DNA from: Lama guanicoe
Taxonomy: Eukaryota
NCBI GenBank assembly: GCA_013239625.1
Contig: MU053881.1
Coordinates: forward strand, 3,102,001 to 3,166,000
Direction of reading: 5' to 3'
DNA length: 64,000 nt
Part shown: positions 50,130 to 63,559 of the stretch, piece after piece
Numbering within the stretch: position 1 is the first letter of the stretch
Layout of the letters: each line of letters opens with the position of its first letter
Notes under the pieces: model-generated
The model's database searches: none
Told to the model about the DNA's origin: nothing
Seen by the model: the letters and a program-made list of their open reading frames with translations, nothing else
Position numbers and translations under genes: made by a program

Positions 50130-50702
50130 GGGTGGGACCGAGGGAGGATCCAGCCCCTGCATCCACTTCATCTAACTACAAGCTCAGCCTATGTATTTAG
50201 GAATCACCCTTGACTCTCATCCTTCCTTCATCCCCAACAGTCAAGCCGTCAGCACGCCTGGTGGATTTTGCCTCTGAAATACACGCATCTTGGATGTGGC
50301 CACTTTCCTTGGTTGCTGCCATCCTGGTCCAAGCCAGTCCCGCCTCTTGCCTGGACTTCTGTCACTGCTCTTGCTGGGCCTTCCTGCTACGTCTTCAAGC
50401 CTCACCACCACCCACCTGCTTCTGTCTTCCCCACGCTGGCCAGTTACACCCTCCCCCGGGCTCACAAGGCCCCACGGGACCTGCGCCCACCTCCTAGACC
50501 CTGGAAGCAGCTCCCTTGACTCTCCATCACATCCCCTCTATTTGGCACATTTTTTTTCTCTTGGTATTTTTCTTGTTTCCCTATTTGTTCACTATTTCTT
50601 TCTCCCCACTGGAAGGTAGGCACCTTGGAGGGCCAGATTCCTTCTGCCTTGTTCCCTGACAGGTGCTTAATTGAAGCTCAGGGAACACTTACTGGACTGA
50701 CT
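50130..50702 (+). mobile_element. L2 fragments
   Basis: taggaatcacccttgactc; gccatcctggtccaagcc; cttgcctggact. Confidence 0.65.
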
Positions 50703-51850
50703 AGATGCATATCGAAAACAGCCACCCTAAGAGTACAGCATCTTTTTCACGGGGCACTTTGAAAGCACAGGCAAGGTTCTAAGCATCTTACATACTTTTA
50801 ATCCGCTTAATCTCTCTGCAACAACCCTGTTATGTGGTGGCCATTACTTACTTCCATTTTCTAGACGAGGAAATTGAGGTTCATGGTACTTTGTGACTTG
50901 GCCAAAGCCCACAGCCCTCAGTGGGTTTGTGAGTGTGGGAAAGGCCTGGGGAGGGGCTCTTCAGGGCAGGCGTTAGACTGGGCCAAATGAAAATTCTGCC
51001 TTGTTCTTCTGGGGGACGTGAGACTCCGGATTGCCAGTGTCTGCAAGGGGGCCCCCAAGGAGCAAAACCACCAGCAGGCACCGGGCTGGGGATTTGGACC
51101 CTGAGTTTGAGTCCCTGGCGTGGCTCCGACTTGCTGCGCTACTGCCCACAAGTTTCATACCCCTCGTTTCCTCAGCAGAAAAGTGGGGAGACGGGCTTAG
51201 AGTATCTCAAAGGTTTCTTCCAGTAAGAATCTTTGTACACGTGTGGAGGGGATGGAAGGGAAGAAATCATGAGCCCCCAAAATGATAAAATAGGAGGGCT
51301 CTGGGTACAGACAAAACTCAGTGATCATCTGGTATTTAGGAACCCTTTCTACGGCATCCCGGAGAGACCGTCATCCCTGATTGCCTTGCATACTTCCAGC
51401 GACGGGGGAGCTCACTAGCTTACAAATTGTTTGCCCATCAGTCACGGCTATTTAAAACCCTCATGGAGCCCTACATACCCTTTCTTTTGGAGACAGACCC
51501 CACTGTGTAATAAGTGCATTGTAATATGTGCACCTTCCACAGATGTAGAATTTATACTCAGCTGTTTAGTATAATGAGCTGTCACTGACTAGCTGTCATA
51601 GATTACCAATTAAACAATTATTACTTGCAGTTTTGTGGGGTTTTGTGTATTAGATCCAGTATTTTGTGTGTGTGGGGTGGGGGTGGTCTACGTGAGTCTG
51701 CAGATATTTCTGTAGGCTCCTGATAAGCTCTGAAGCCCCAGAGAACAAATCTAAGTCCCTTTCCCCAGGCAGCCCAACAGAGCCCCTTGTTTTCCTGAGT
51801 TTTTGCTTCTCTGTGATAAAAAGCCCTCCGGCCCTCCAGCTGGACACTTG

Positions 51851-52020
51851 ACCACCATCATCTTCATCACCGCCACTGCCCTCATCATAGTCACTGCCTT
51901 TGTCATCACCGCCGTTGTCACCACTGCTACCACAGCATCAGCACCACCATCAGGACCACTTCCACCACTATCAGCCCCACCATCACCACCACCGCCAGCA
52001 TTAGCGCCACCATCAGCAGC
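51851..52020. repeat. Degenerate (CAC/CAT/CAG)n trinucleotide tract
   Basis: Direct observation. Confidence 0.9.
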
Positions 52021-55000
52021 TGCGGCCACACGAGCTGGGCACCAGAACGCCCCCTCCAGCACTGTCTTCTTCCTCTCTGCCCTTCCCTCCCCACCCCTCA
52101 CTCCAGGAAGGTGTTGCCCTTCCAGCAGGGAACAACTTGCTCCTACAAAGCAAAAGTCCTGCAGCCAGCTGGGTCACCTTAAAGATATCAACAGCAAACA
52201 GCTAAGGCTTGCCAGGAACATGTACACACTCCGGTTATCTTATGCAATCCCCTCCGCCCTCCCCCACTTTCCACAGCCCCTCCACATGCCCATTACCTCA
52301 TCTCGTGTCCTGCAGGAGTGCTCTGTGAAGCCATCAGGCAGTCACTATCACTCCCCTCTGCAAAGGTGTCACAGAGAGGCCGAACGCCCGAGCCGAGGCC
52401 ACACAGCTGGGCAGAGGCCGGAAACAGCCCTCTCAGTGTCTACTTCCCAACAGCGCCCCGTGCCCTCAGCTTCCCGTGGTTCCCAAACCTCATGAGTTCC
52501 TGTACCATCTCCGGGATCTTTGCCAAACCCACAAAATACCACTTCCATTTCGCGTTTTAACATTTTTCTTTAAAGTGATGGAGTTACTCGCCAAAGGAAT
52601 TGTTTTCTCATGACAATAACCGCCAGGATCACTTTCCCTCAAATCGGTTACTCTGAAAATAAATGCAGTGGAAGTGAGAGCGATGTGGTGCAGCTACTGC
52701 TGCCCGAAAAGCCAGCCTAACCCTCTCTTTGTTAGAAAGGCAGACCTGCCTGTGCTACAAAGGTGTTAAAGATAGATTAGCACCTAACTGATACTTCCTT
52801 TGACACAAAGAGGAGAGTTTGAAGGAGAACCGAAAAAGGAATCTGTTCACTGGTAATACTGGATGTTTGCTATCATCTGAACAACTCACCACCCACGTCC
52901 ACCTCAGGACCCCCACACCGTGTGGTGGAAAGGAGTCAGGAGCCTGAGACCCAGTTCTCCCATCTGCAAATGGGCATAAAACGGCAGCGTGCACTGCTGG
53001 GGGGATGAAAGGTGAAGACAGGGGGATGGCGCTAGAGGCGCGATGGCACCCCGGGTAAACGCCCCTCCTCTCCCCACGCCCATCCTCTGCTCTTCTTTGG
53101 GAAGTGCTGGACTTCCAATTCCACCTCGCCGAGGGAAGGCATCCAAGTAAACACATCTTCATCTGGAAAAGTCTGAGCATAGGGCGGCCACACTACGCAG
53201 TCTGCGAGCCACCTGGGAACGTGTTTGGGTCCCAAGGCTTCTCCTCCGAGCCCGCCCCTCACACCACCCGCATCTCAGCCTCCAGACCCCTGATGAAAAT
53301 AAGGTCTTCCCCAGCAGCGGGTTCTAATCCCAGCTCTGCTACTTCCCAGGGAGGCGATGTGAGCCAGAGGGCTTTGCCTTGAGCCCTAATTTCCCTTCCT
53401 GCGAAACAGGGGTACTAATTCCAACCGCAGGAGCGTGTCCAGAGGCTCGTGGGGGTTAGGAGCAAGGGGATTCTGGAATCAGCCTCCCAGGTCACGTTCT
53501 GGCCCCACTGCCTCTCTCTGAACAACTTGGAGCCTTGTTACCTCAGATCCCTCACCTGGCAGGATGGGAGTAACGGTCCTCGCATCGTCTGACTGCTGTG
53601 AGGAATCACGGGGCAAACATATGATGTGCATGAAGCCGCAGCAATTACCAATCGCTCAGCCGGTGTGAACGCCCTACGGGTCGGACACACAAGCACTCGG
53701 TACAATGCTTGACCCAGAACCTGCCTTCCTCCAGCTGCCCACTGGCCTCCCGGTCGCTTCACCTGCCAAGCCCCCACCTGTGTCCTCTCTTTGAACTATG
53801 CTCTCCCAGCACCGCCCCCAGCCCGGGTCCCGGCCCTTGGGGACCAGCTACTCATGGCGACTCAGCTGCTGGTCCAGATGCCAGGCTTTCTGAAGATGCT
53901 CGCTCAACTCAATTCCAAATACATACAAAACGGTAGGTTTAACTGTATTATTTACGGCCGGTGGGTATTGCAAATGACTTTTATATGTTCGAAATTGGAA
54001 GGATGGCTGAGTCGATTACGCCATAAATGGAATTACTCTAGCTGTTACTATCACATTTTGGAAACTATGAAATAAAAAGGGAAAACGCTTATATTTAGGT
54101 AATAAAATAGCAGGGCTCCGATTGTATATAGAGGAAGACTAAGACTGTGAACTCCTACCCTGTCAGCCTCCTGGGGAGAAAAACAGCTACAATTTACACC
54201 CAGAGGGGCAGACTGGAGGGTACCAGTGGTTTTCTTTGGATGGAGAAACAATGATTTATTACTGTCTTCCTCCATATTTTCTTATTCAAAATTTTCTCTA
54301 TGGAGAATTAATTCTCCAGGCACTATACAACAACATAAAATGCAGAAGTGTGTAGCATATGCTCACCTATGCCCAAGGCAAATACGTATTTGCCTAAGTG
54401 TATCTGTTTTTGCATAAAGAAAATCTGAAAGGATATGTCACAACAAAATAAAAAAAACCTGACCCCCTCTTTTGGGCAGGGGACAGGGCAGATGGGGCCA
54501 GCGTGCAGGGGCCTCTCCCCATGTGCTTCTGTATACGGTACTTCTGAACCACATCAGTGTTTTATCTAATCAAAAAGTGGAAAGAAAAGACATAACTATG
54601 TAATCAACGTTTAGAAAAAAAGCGCTATTTCTCCAAATGGGGACATTGGTTAAACGTGCTCTTAAAAAAAAGGAATCTCTGGGAATGAATCAGGGGTGAA
54701 TCAGATCAGCTGGGTCTTAACCGGGGACTTGACTGAGCCTGCCAGTGTGTGCTGTGCCCCAAAGAGGCAGGGCTTCCAACAAGCCAAATAAGGTCCCAGA
54801 ACCTCCACTGACCCGCACCCCCCGCCCTATTTTTCCAATAGAGCTTCCCCTGAGAATGATGCTGCCAGGACCAGTTAAGGGAACACAGCAAGGACCAGGC
54901 ACCAGGACAGAGAACGCTAGGAGGCTGGTGCTGCCTCCCAGGTCTGAGCGCCTCCTGACCCAGGCAGGCTGTGTGTGAACTGTCTCCACCCTCTGTGGGA

Positions 55001-55629
55001 ACTGTAGGGGTGCAGGCATGGTGACCCACAGAGACGATGCATGCCCGGGCCAGAGGGGTGGCCACTGTGGTCACTATGTCCTCAGTGCCACCAGATCACC
55101 ACATTCTTCGAGACAGGCTGGAAATCTGCATTTTAAGTGAATTCTTCTGGCTTTAAAACAAAAAATCCAAAATTTTCAATGAAATCTCGTTCTTAAATGT
55201 TGGCTCTTTCGTTTGTTTGTTTGTTTATTTGTTTTAAATGTCGTATGTGGAAGCCCTCTACCAGCTGCCATCTACGACCTCAGCACGTTCCTGGTGGTCT
55301 CAGAGGGCAAGGTCAGCCCCTGAGATTCACTTGCTTTTCTAACCATCCTCCCACTTTCCATTATGGCTTTGAGAATTTTGCCCCAGTTTGCATCAAACGA
55401 ATTGATCCATGGCTCAGGGGAGTCTGCCTTCCTCCTGGTTGAAAATTAGGCTGACATTTATCCATCTCTGCCCTGGGAGCGTGGAGAGAGTCCAGGAGAA
55501 GACTGACTGGCCCCAGTGATGGGCTTTCCCGTGGGTACCGAGCGCTCCGTGTCTGGCAGCAACGTCAGTGATGCTGTAGCCGGGACTCCTGCTCTGGGCT
55601 CTGACTGTCCTCTGATGTCACAAACTCTG

Positions 55630-56670
55630 CCCGTCTTGCCTTCTCCAGACTCCGTTTCCCCTCCTCTCCACCCATCATGCCCTCTGTGCTCCGGCCACCC
55701 AGAAAGCCTCACCTTCCTCTAACTTTCCACATTCTTGCACCTCCGAGCCTTTGCACATCCCAATCCCTGGGTCTGGATCATCCTCTCCTGCCACCTCTAT
55801 CCTCCGTCTCTCAGCCACCTGGAAGATGTCACACTCAAATGCCAGCTCCCGCAGCTCCTGTGCCTCCTTGTCGCAGCCGGGACCCCGGAAGGCTGGCATC
55901 AGCTCTTCTGGTGTGGTTCATTATTTAGACTCCCCTGTCTCCTTCATGTGCTTTTACTTCCCAGACAGCTTTTGAATCTGTTCCCTTCTCTCCAGCTGCA
56001 GCATTCCAGCCTCCCCTATCCCTGCTTCCCTGGACTGGGCCAGAACATGGACATCCTGACCAGGTGCCTGGTCTCCCGCCCTCTCCTCAGCCCCACCTGC
56101 CTCGGCACCGTCTGGAGAAAGGACATTCTAGAAAGGGCAACCTGATCACCTCCATCCTCAGCCTAAAGTCCTTGCACGGCTCCCACCGCCTACGGGGCAA
56201 AGTCCGAACTCCTCAGCTTGCCCTTGCAGGGTTTTCATGGTCTGGGCCCCCAGGAATCGAATCCTCTCTTACCTCCCTCCCCTGTGCCTGGCCCCTCAGG
56301 CAAAACCCAGTGGGTCTGAACGCCCTGAGCACACCTGGAGGCTTTGCAGTTCTGGGTCTCTGCCCGCCTCCTTCTCCGTCTGAAATACCCAGACACGCTT
56401 TGTCTACCTGCTCCATCTCATCCACCTCCATACCCAGCTCTGTGAATCCTTCCCTGATTCTCCCTGGGGCAACGTGTACTTGACTCTTTGAGATTTGCTC
56501 ATGGCTTCAGGGCTGCACCTGTCCCACTGTTGCAAGTGTCTGCCTTCGCCACTACACCCAAATCTTTTGGCAGGTGTCACATTTATCCATCTCTGTGTCT
56601 TCACTACACTGCCCAGGACTAGGCACAAGTGGGCTCCTGGGAAGTGTTTGTTGAGTGACTGAGTGAGGGA
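55630..56670 (+). mobile_element. L2 fragments
   Basis: Pyrimidine-rich L2 body ending ccaggactaggcacaagtggg...gtgtttgttgagtgactgagtga. Confidence 0.6.
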
Positions 56671-57449
56671 CTGAATGGCTCTATAGTGCTCAGAGAGGGT
56701 TTGAAGCTTAGAAGATTATTCTCACAAGAGAAGTGGGTGATGCCAGAGCCAAAGTGTCCAGTCTTTGCTGAAGCTGTTGACAATTCTTCCTGCTGCTGCT
56801 GGAGGCTGGACGCCAAGTCAAGGCTGCCACGTGCTCCTGGAGACTGTCCCCACAGGGCTGGCACTCATCAGCCATGCCGCCTGCTCCGAGCCATGACCAA
56901 CTTGGCTCCAGCCACATTTCTCTCACTGCTGTGGTGCCAGACCTGAGCCCTCTTGGCAGCGCTGTCACAGGGAAGCCGACATCAAAGAAGGGCAGAGTTG
57001 GAAAGCCCCTACAAAATCAGACTATGCTCCCAGTCTGGTTTTCAGGTGGGGCAGCTGGGGCCCTGAGAGGGGCAGCAGCTTGCCTGAGGCCACACAGAAG
57101 ACCAGTTCTTCTGGATCTTATCAGATCATAAAAAGAATGACCAAAAGAAACCTTGAGATGTGTTAGAAAGGGCCTGGGAATAAGGGGAGGCTCTTGAACT
57201 AAGAGAACAGGGAAGGCCATTCTGAGGCTGTCCCCAGGGCTCCCTGGTGATGCAGGCAGAGGAACCAGCCTGGCAAGGGACTTGCAAGCGGCCCAGCTTG
57301 CTGCTTGGAGGCCAGGGTGGCCAGAGCAGTGAGCGAGGGGAGATGCAGTCAAAAGCTGGGGCATGACCCAGGCATGTGGGGCTTATATACCTCTGCAGGC
57401 TTTGCCCTTCAGTCTCAGTAAGGGAAGGATGCAACCATGTGTTAAAAGA

Positions 57450-58620
57450 TGACTGATCTGCAAACAAGATACACAAGTGGCCAACAAGCACCCGCAAAGA
57501 TGTTCAAATTCATTAGCCATCAGCGAAATGCAAATCAAAACCACTGTGATACCATTTCACACCCACCAGGATGGCTAGAATCCAAAAGTCAGCTCATAAG
57601 CATGGGTGAGGATGTGGAGAAACTGGAATCGGCAGACACTGCTGCTGATGGGAATGTTAAATGATGCGGCTGCTTTGGAAAACACTCTGATGGTTCCTCA
57701 AACGATTAAACGCAGTATTACCATGTGACCTAGTCATTTGACTTTTAGGTATATACCCCAAAGAAGTGAAAGTTTATGTCCTCATAAAATCCTGGACACA
57801 AATGTTCAGAACAATGTCATTCATAAGAGCCAAAAAATACCCAACCCCAACACCCATCAACTGATGAATGGATAAACAAAATGCGCTCTACCAATAACGG
57901 AATATTATTTTGGCCATAAAAAGGAATGAAACACTGACACGCGCTACAACATCGAAGAACCTGGAAGACATGATGCCAAGCAAAATAAGCCAGTCACAAA
58001 AGGCCAGACACTGTGTGATTCCATTGGCATGAGATGGCATGAGTAAGCATGTCTACAGAGACAGAAGACCAACCAGCGGCTGGGTGGGACTGAGGGAGCG
58101 ACAGCCAATATGTACAAAGTTTCTTCTTGGGCAGATAAAAATGTTCTGGACTTAGGTAGCAGCGATGGTTACACAACTCTCTGAATAGACCAAAAGCAAC
58201 TGACCAAATATTTTTTTTTCAGTTCTACTGTTATTTATTTATTTTTTTTAATGTTTTTGGAAAAAATATAATTTTTTAAACAATAGTTTCAACTTAAATA
58301 CTATTCATACTGAACACGTAGAGCAGCTTAGCACACCCAAATATGAAGTTTAGGAAGCCAGGACTATTCCAGCTTTGTTAAAAGAAAAGTTGTGCGGCAG
58401 ACTAATGCAGGTGGTGGTTAACAAAGCAGGGAAAAGCACCGCTCAAATCGTGTTACGGTTTCTTGGTCCATTTGGATCACGGGTTGGTCAAGTGTTAGAC
58501 TTAACACAGGTAGGGTTATGATGTGGTGACTCCTTAGGAGAGGGTGCAATGGGTAAACGGGTGAATTTTATGGCATGAGAGTTGTATGTCTATAAAGCTT
58601 TTATGTTTTTTTTAAAAAAG
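57450..58620 (+). mobile_element. L1MB-like 3' end (ORF2 remnant plus 3' UTR), interrupted by a retrocopy
   Basis: gaaatgcaaatcaaaaccac...ggtgaggatgtggagaaactggaa...catcaactgatgaatggataaacaaaatg; resumes at 58555 with aaacgggtgaattttatgg. Confidence 0.92.
58211..58552 (-). pseudogene. Processed mRNA 3'-UTR retrocopy (resembles the EIF4B 3' end from memory; unverified)
   Basis: Non-L1 insert. Minus strand ends AATAAA-taacagtagaactg-poly(A). Confidence 0.65.
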
Positions 58621-58779
58621 AGACTGTTCTGGTTGGTGGCTGGTGACAAGGGCAGAGCGGCAGCAGGGAGGTCAGAGGGCTAGCAGTGCAATCACAGGCT
58701 GAAAGGAGGTACCTAGCAAATGTCTCTGGATGCCTTGGGCAGACTGATCTTGATTCAGGAATGCCCTTCTCTTCTGACC

Positions 58780-59005
58780 CAGGGTTTCTCAGCTCAGTCC
58801 TGGTGACATTTTGGACGGGTTAATTAATTCTTCATTGCGGATGCCGCCCTGTGCATGGTGGGGTTCTCAGCAGCATCCCTGCCCTGTACCCACGAGACGT
58901 CCGCACGTGCCCTGCCCCCCACCCCAGTTGTGCCAATCAAAAACATCTCCAGACATTGACAAATGTCCCCTGGGGGACCAAGCTGTCTCCAGTTGAGAAC
59001 CACTG
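58780..59005 (+). mobile_element. MER20 hAT-Charlie MITE
   Basis: TIRs cagggtttctca...tgagaaccactg, internal aaaaacatctccagacattgacaaatgtcccctggg, 8-bp TSD-like ttctgacc/ctcagacc. Confidence 0.92.
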
Positions 59006-61549
59006 CTCAGACCTCTCTTGCTCACCTGATGGATTCCTGCTTAACCTTCCAGAACCATTTCAGGTGCCATCTCTTCTGGGGGAACCTTAACGCTTCGTCT
59101 TCTCAAGTTTCTGAAAGAACCCGCCCCGCCCATCGAAGCCCTGCGGACACCGTTTACGGGTCGCTCCCCCTCACACCTGGGCAGGGGAGGCACCTTATAT
59201 ACCTTCGGGTCCCCAACATTCAGCACAAAGCCTGGCACTTTGGAGGTCCCTGCTGAGTCCTTTCCTGCCCTGTGCCGTGCAGAGACGCATCACTCCCCCC
59301 AGGGTTTCTGTGATACGTGCTGCAAAGTCAGCCAGAGGACTCTGTTGACCCTTCCTGACTCTGGTTAGGAGCACAGGCTTTGAGTTTAGACGGCTTGTGC
59401 TTACATCCTGTGCGATGCTGGGCGAGTGGCTGATGGGATCTGACTCCTGGGTTCTTCTCTGTACAGTGGGGTATTGATTGTAGCCGCCTCAAAGGTGCCA
59501 CCAGGAGCACACAGTAAGAACATAAACAATGTCAGACATTCGTGGTATCGATAATTTGGCATTGCTTCTTCCTTCTAAGGTGCCTGCCTGTCCCTATTAC
59601 TGACAAGCATCGATGCACCAGCCCTGTCCTGGCTGCTGGGAGGAGGTGGTGGGAGTGCAAGTGCGAGTGGGAGTGGGAGTGGGTGGGTTCTATTGCCATT
59701 AGAAGCCAGACGGGTCTGTGTCTGCTAATTATTATAGTACATGCCCACTGCATACAATCTGGAAAGTTCAGAAATTATAAAGAGGGAATAAATCTCCCCT
59801 AGGCAAACGTCGTGAACACTCTTTGACTTATTTCCTTCCAGTCTTTTTTCTAAGTGCTTGCCACCAATTTGAGACCGTGCCATATACATGCATATGCATA
59901 AGCGTGTCTGCATTCATTAAAAACTGTCCACTTTTAGTAGCACATGGCCATCCCATGATTTACTTAATCAATCCCCAATTGTTGGACATTTAGGTGCTCT
60001 CTGACTGTGGATGACTATTTCCATTTGAAAGAACCTTGCTCAGACTCCCATCATTTCCTTTGGACGTCCTCCACTTCTTTGAAAACATTTTTGGCAAAGG
60101 AACCTCTCCAGCCTGCCGGGACGCCCATCTTCCCATAGCAGGACGCTCACTTTCCCATCCCCGGAGATTTCCTCCCCAAGCTGAGCTAAATCCTTGGGCT
60201 TGGGACTTAATCCTGTTTCTCCTTCTCCGGGGCATTAGTGGAGATGGACCACAGCTGGCTCTGCTTTCTGCTCAGACACATCAGCCAGGAGGGTCTGTTC
60301 TGTTAGTCATCAGGGGAGGATGCAGAAGGACAAGTGCCCTTGAAGGCCAGGGAAGCAGCCGAGGCTGGGGTTAACGGAGGCGAGGTGAGCTGGGACATGG
60401 TGGCAGAGGTGGGAAGGGAGGTTGGTGGGCTGGAATGAGTCAGCCCGGCATCTGCTTCCTAGGTATTGAGTAGTGACCTTCCTTCCTTCCAGACCCCCTG
60501 CCACGTGGCCAAGGCACCCCGACCCCACTGCCCATCTTCAGACTCGCTTTCTCCAGTGATGGTGTCGCAGCTCCTTCTGTTACGTATTTAACAAGAAACA
60601 GTCATCAAGAAACCAGCTAACTAGACCCCGGGCCTCATGCCGGACACCATCCACAGCCATATTTTGGAGGTGGTTTGGTATCAGTAGAAACACTCCAGAG
60701 TCAGAAGGAACTAGGGCCAATCCCTGGGCAGGCACTTCCCACCAGTGTGACTCTGTGGAAATCATGGAATCCTGTGGGCCTTGGTTTTTGTTTGTAAATT
60801 GGGGTTTAATGGCATTTTCATGATGATTCTGATCACTATGGTTGATGGCTATCACCAATACTGTATACACAACGCACCGAGTACCAGGCCTGCACGGGGC
60901 AGGTGCTGAAGAAATATTCTTTCCTTGTTCTGTTCGATTCTCCTCATGTATCAGGGTCAGAGGTGTCAATAAATGCAATCTATCTAATAGTCTTTCATAA
61001 CCTCAAGCAACAGCAATCTCAAGAATAAGGAGTAGCTCATAACTTGCTATTACAAACTGGGAAACTGAGGCTTGGAGAGGTTCCACCAGGAGTCTTTATG
61101 AGGACATAAGCTGTCATCTTAACAGATTTCGTGTCTAAAAGAGCCATCAGGATGTGTGTCTGGGCTGGGGGGTGGGGATCTTGGGCCCCCCAGGTTCACT
61201 GGGCCCTGATTCATGCCCAGCTGAGCCACTGACCATCTCTGGCAAAAGAGACCAGAGAGGACCTGCCACATACAAACGAGTTTCCAGGAGGTAACCAGCT
61301 CCAGGACTCTGCTCACCCCGAGTGGGGTGTAACAGCCGCCCTTCGGGAATAACACAACCCGCAGTACTTTCGTGTCTAACCTCATTATGCTCACAGCCAC
61401 CGCAAAGGCAGCGTTGGCAGGCCCCCTTTCCTGGGGGAGGAAACTGAGGCTCCCATGCTCAAGGTCAACAGCGCTACTTAAGCGGCAGAACTGGGTTCCC
61501 CAGCCTCCAAGCCTGGACCACTCGCCTGGCTCATCCCAGAGCCTCGCTC

Positions 61550-62460
61550 TCCAGATGCTCAGGGAAAGACTCCCGCCTGGCCGAGGGCTGCCGGGTCCTC
61601 GCTCCCAAGCATCCGGGCAGGCGGAGGCGGCAGCCCAGGAGGACCGAGGCTCCCTGAGGAGCTGGGAGCCCCCTCCCCGCCAGCCCTCGGCCCTTCGCCG
61701 GCTTTCCTTAAGCAGAAAGTCGTTCCATGCTCCCACAGACACACCGCCCTGAGAAAGCGCCAGCGCCCAGACCCAGGGACAAAACAGGGGCTGTTTCGGC
61801 GAAAGTGGATTTTCCAAATCCACCCCCACGGGGGCAGAGGGGACCTCCACCCGACCCCACGCCCCGAGCACCACGGCGGACGGAGCAGGGCTGCCTCCCA
61901 GGGTGCGGGCACCATCCCCGCGGGTCACAGAAGCAGAGTGAGGTTCGCCGGCGGCGGGACTCGCCCAAGGTCAGGCACAGCCAGCGCACAGCGGGGTCAG
62001 GGCTGGATCCCGGGGTCAGGGTCACGACCGCCGCGGGGAACCGGGCGCAGCCGCCCGGGGCGGCCCGGCCGGCGGCCGCCGGTGGACCGCATCCCGAGCC
62101 CGGGCCCCGCGGGGCGGCGGCCGCGTTACCTGGAGCTGCTGCGGCGGCCGAGGTGGCTCCGCTCGGGCTCGCCTCCGTCCTTCGCCCGCGCCGGCTCGGC
62201 CCCGGGCAGGGATGCAGCGGGCGGCGCGCCCCGCCCGCGCCCTGCGCCCTGCGCCTCGCACCCACTTCCTCGTCCCCGCCCCCAACTCGCTCCTCCTGGC
62301 TCCCAACAGCTCCTTCCCTTCCTTCTCTCTCCAAGTCTTTCTCTCCCTCCTCGCCCTCCCTCTCCCTCTCCCCCCCCCCCCCCCCCCCCTGCCCCGCCCC
62401 CCCCCCCCCCCCCCCCGCGCTCCGTGCGCGGCGCGCACACACTCACACTCCCTCTCCGCA
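61550..62460. promoter_or_regulatory. HRH2: CpG island / main HRH2 promoter
   Basis: Very high GC and CpG density, GC boxes (ccccgccc), no TATA seen. Confidence 0.9.
62130..62445 (-). other. HRH2: Non-coding exon 1 of HRH2 (start approximate)
   Basis: Donor CAG|GTAACG at 62130/62129 inside the CpG island; purine-rich leader; TSS not determinable from sequence. Confidence 0.7.
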
Positions 62461-62600
62461 TTCTCTCCCACAGTCTCCCACACTTTCTTTTTCTCTCTCC
62501 CGGACCTTCTTTCCCTCTCTCTCTCTGGCTCTGACACTTCCTCCTTCGTCTCTCTTTCGGTCACACTGCCTTCTCTTTCTCTCGCTTTCCCCGCCTCCCT
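62300..62600. repeat. Polypyrimidine/polypurine tract with two C20 runs
   Basis: C runs at 62370-62389 and 62397-62416. Confidence 0.9.
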
Positions 62601-63559
62601 CTCGCCCACTGCCCCCACTGCCTGGCCTGGGACCCAGCGTCCAGATGTGGGTAACTGGCTGAGTGGAAGGGGACTTCCAGCTGTGGCCCAGCACCGCTCC
62701 CACCCACAACTGGAGGGCCTGCCCCGGGAGGGCTAGACCCACGGGGTCAGGTGGCACTCCTTACCTGGGTGTCCAGCTCCCAGCCACCTGGGATCAAGCT
62801 AGACAAGGAGAAAGAACTGGTTTCAAAGTGACCGTCTGGACAATTCTGGGATCTGTGTCTGGAAACAGAGGGCCGGATGCTCAAGGGTCCAGAAAAATCA
62901 GTGAGTTCAGAGTTATTAATTCTCAAAAAAAGATCAGTGGAGCTTCAGAAAACCCCAGAATGGATTTGTTCTACTTGACAGCAGAAGAGAGAGAGAAGAG
63001 GTAGGGAGGGCAGCTTTGGGAAAAGGGGCTCTTTGAGTAAGAAAAATTATGCCCACCTTCCAGATGAGAAAAAAGAGGCTCAGATGGGAGAACTTACCTC
63101 TTAAATGTCAAGATGTCAAGGCTACTGTGCTAACCATGCATACCTCAGTGTGGGGCGCCTAGGTAGGCAGGATGGCCAAGGGCGTTGTGCCAGGCTGGGG
63201 TTGCTAACCCAGTGTAGGAGAGGTAGGCAGTCAGATGGGCTGCCCCTGATTCCCCGGGGAACCTGATACATGGAGGGCAGTTTCTGCAGAAACTTGACAA
63301 AGGACAGGGAAAAATAGCTGGTTCCACTGAGTGTAAGGTTCAGGCATGTGCTGCTGATGATTGACACACCACCTCGCGTCATTCTGTCTCTGTGGGCTCC
63401 TCTGTGCTATCCATGTTCTGACATGCAGAGACCAAGGTCACAGTCCCCTAGAGCTCTGAGGTTACAGCCTCTGGGGGAGGCTGCTGGAGGCAGTGCATCC
63501 AAGTCACCAGCATCCTGGAAACACAGAGCCTCCAAGCTCATCTCACAGACTGCTCTGGC

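Noticed and set aside
51803..52495. 230-aa ORF with a hydrophobic Thr/Ala/Pro stretch
   Set aside because: Translation of a degenerate trinucleotide repeat; no gene structure.
61864..61886. RE1-like gagcaccacgg in the CpG island
   Set aside because: The right half-site does not match without a 3-nt gap.
61119..62757. Long ORFs (269, 244, 311, 198 aa) over the CpG island
   Set aside because: Low-complexity Pro/Ala/Gly/Arg products in several frames on both strands, as expected from stop-codon depletion in GC-rich DNA.
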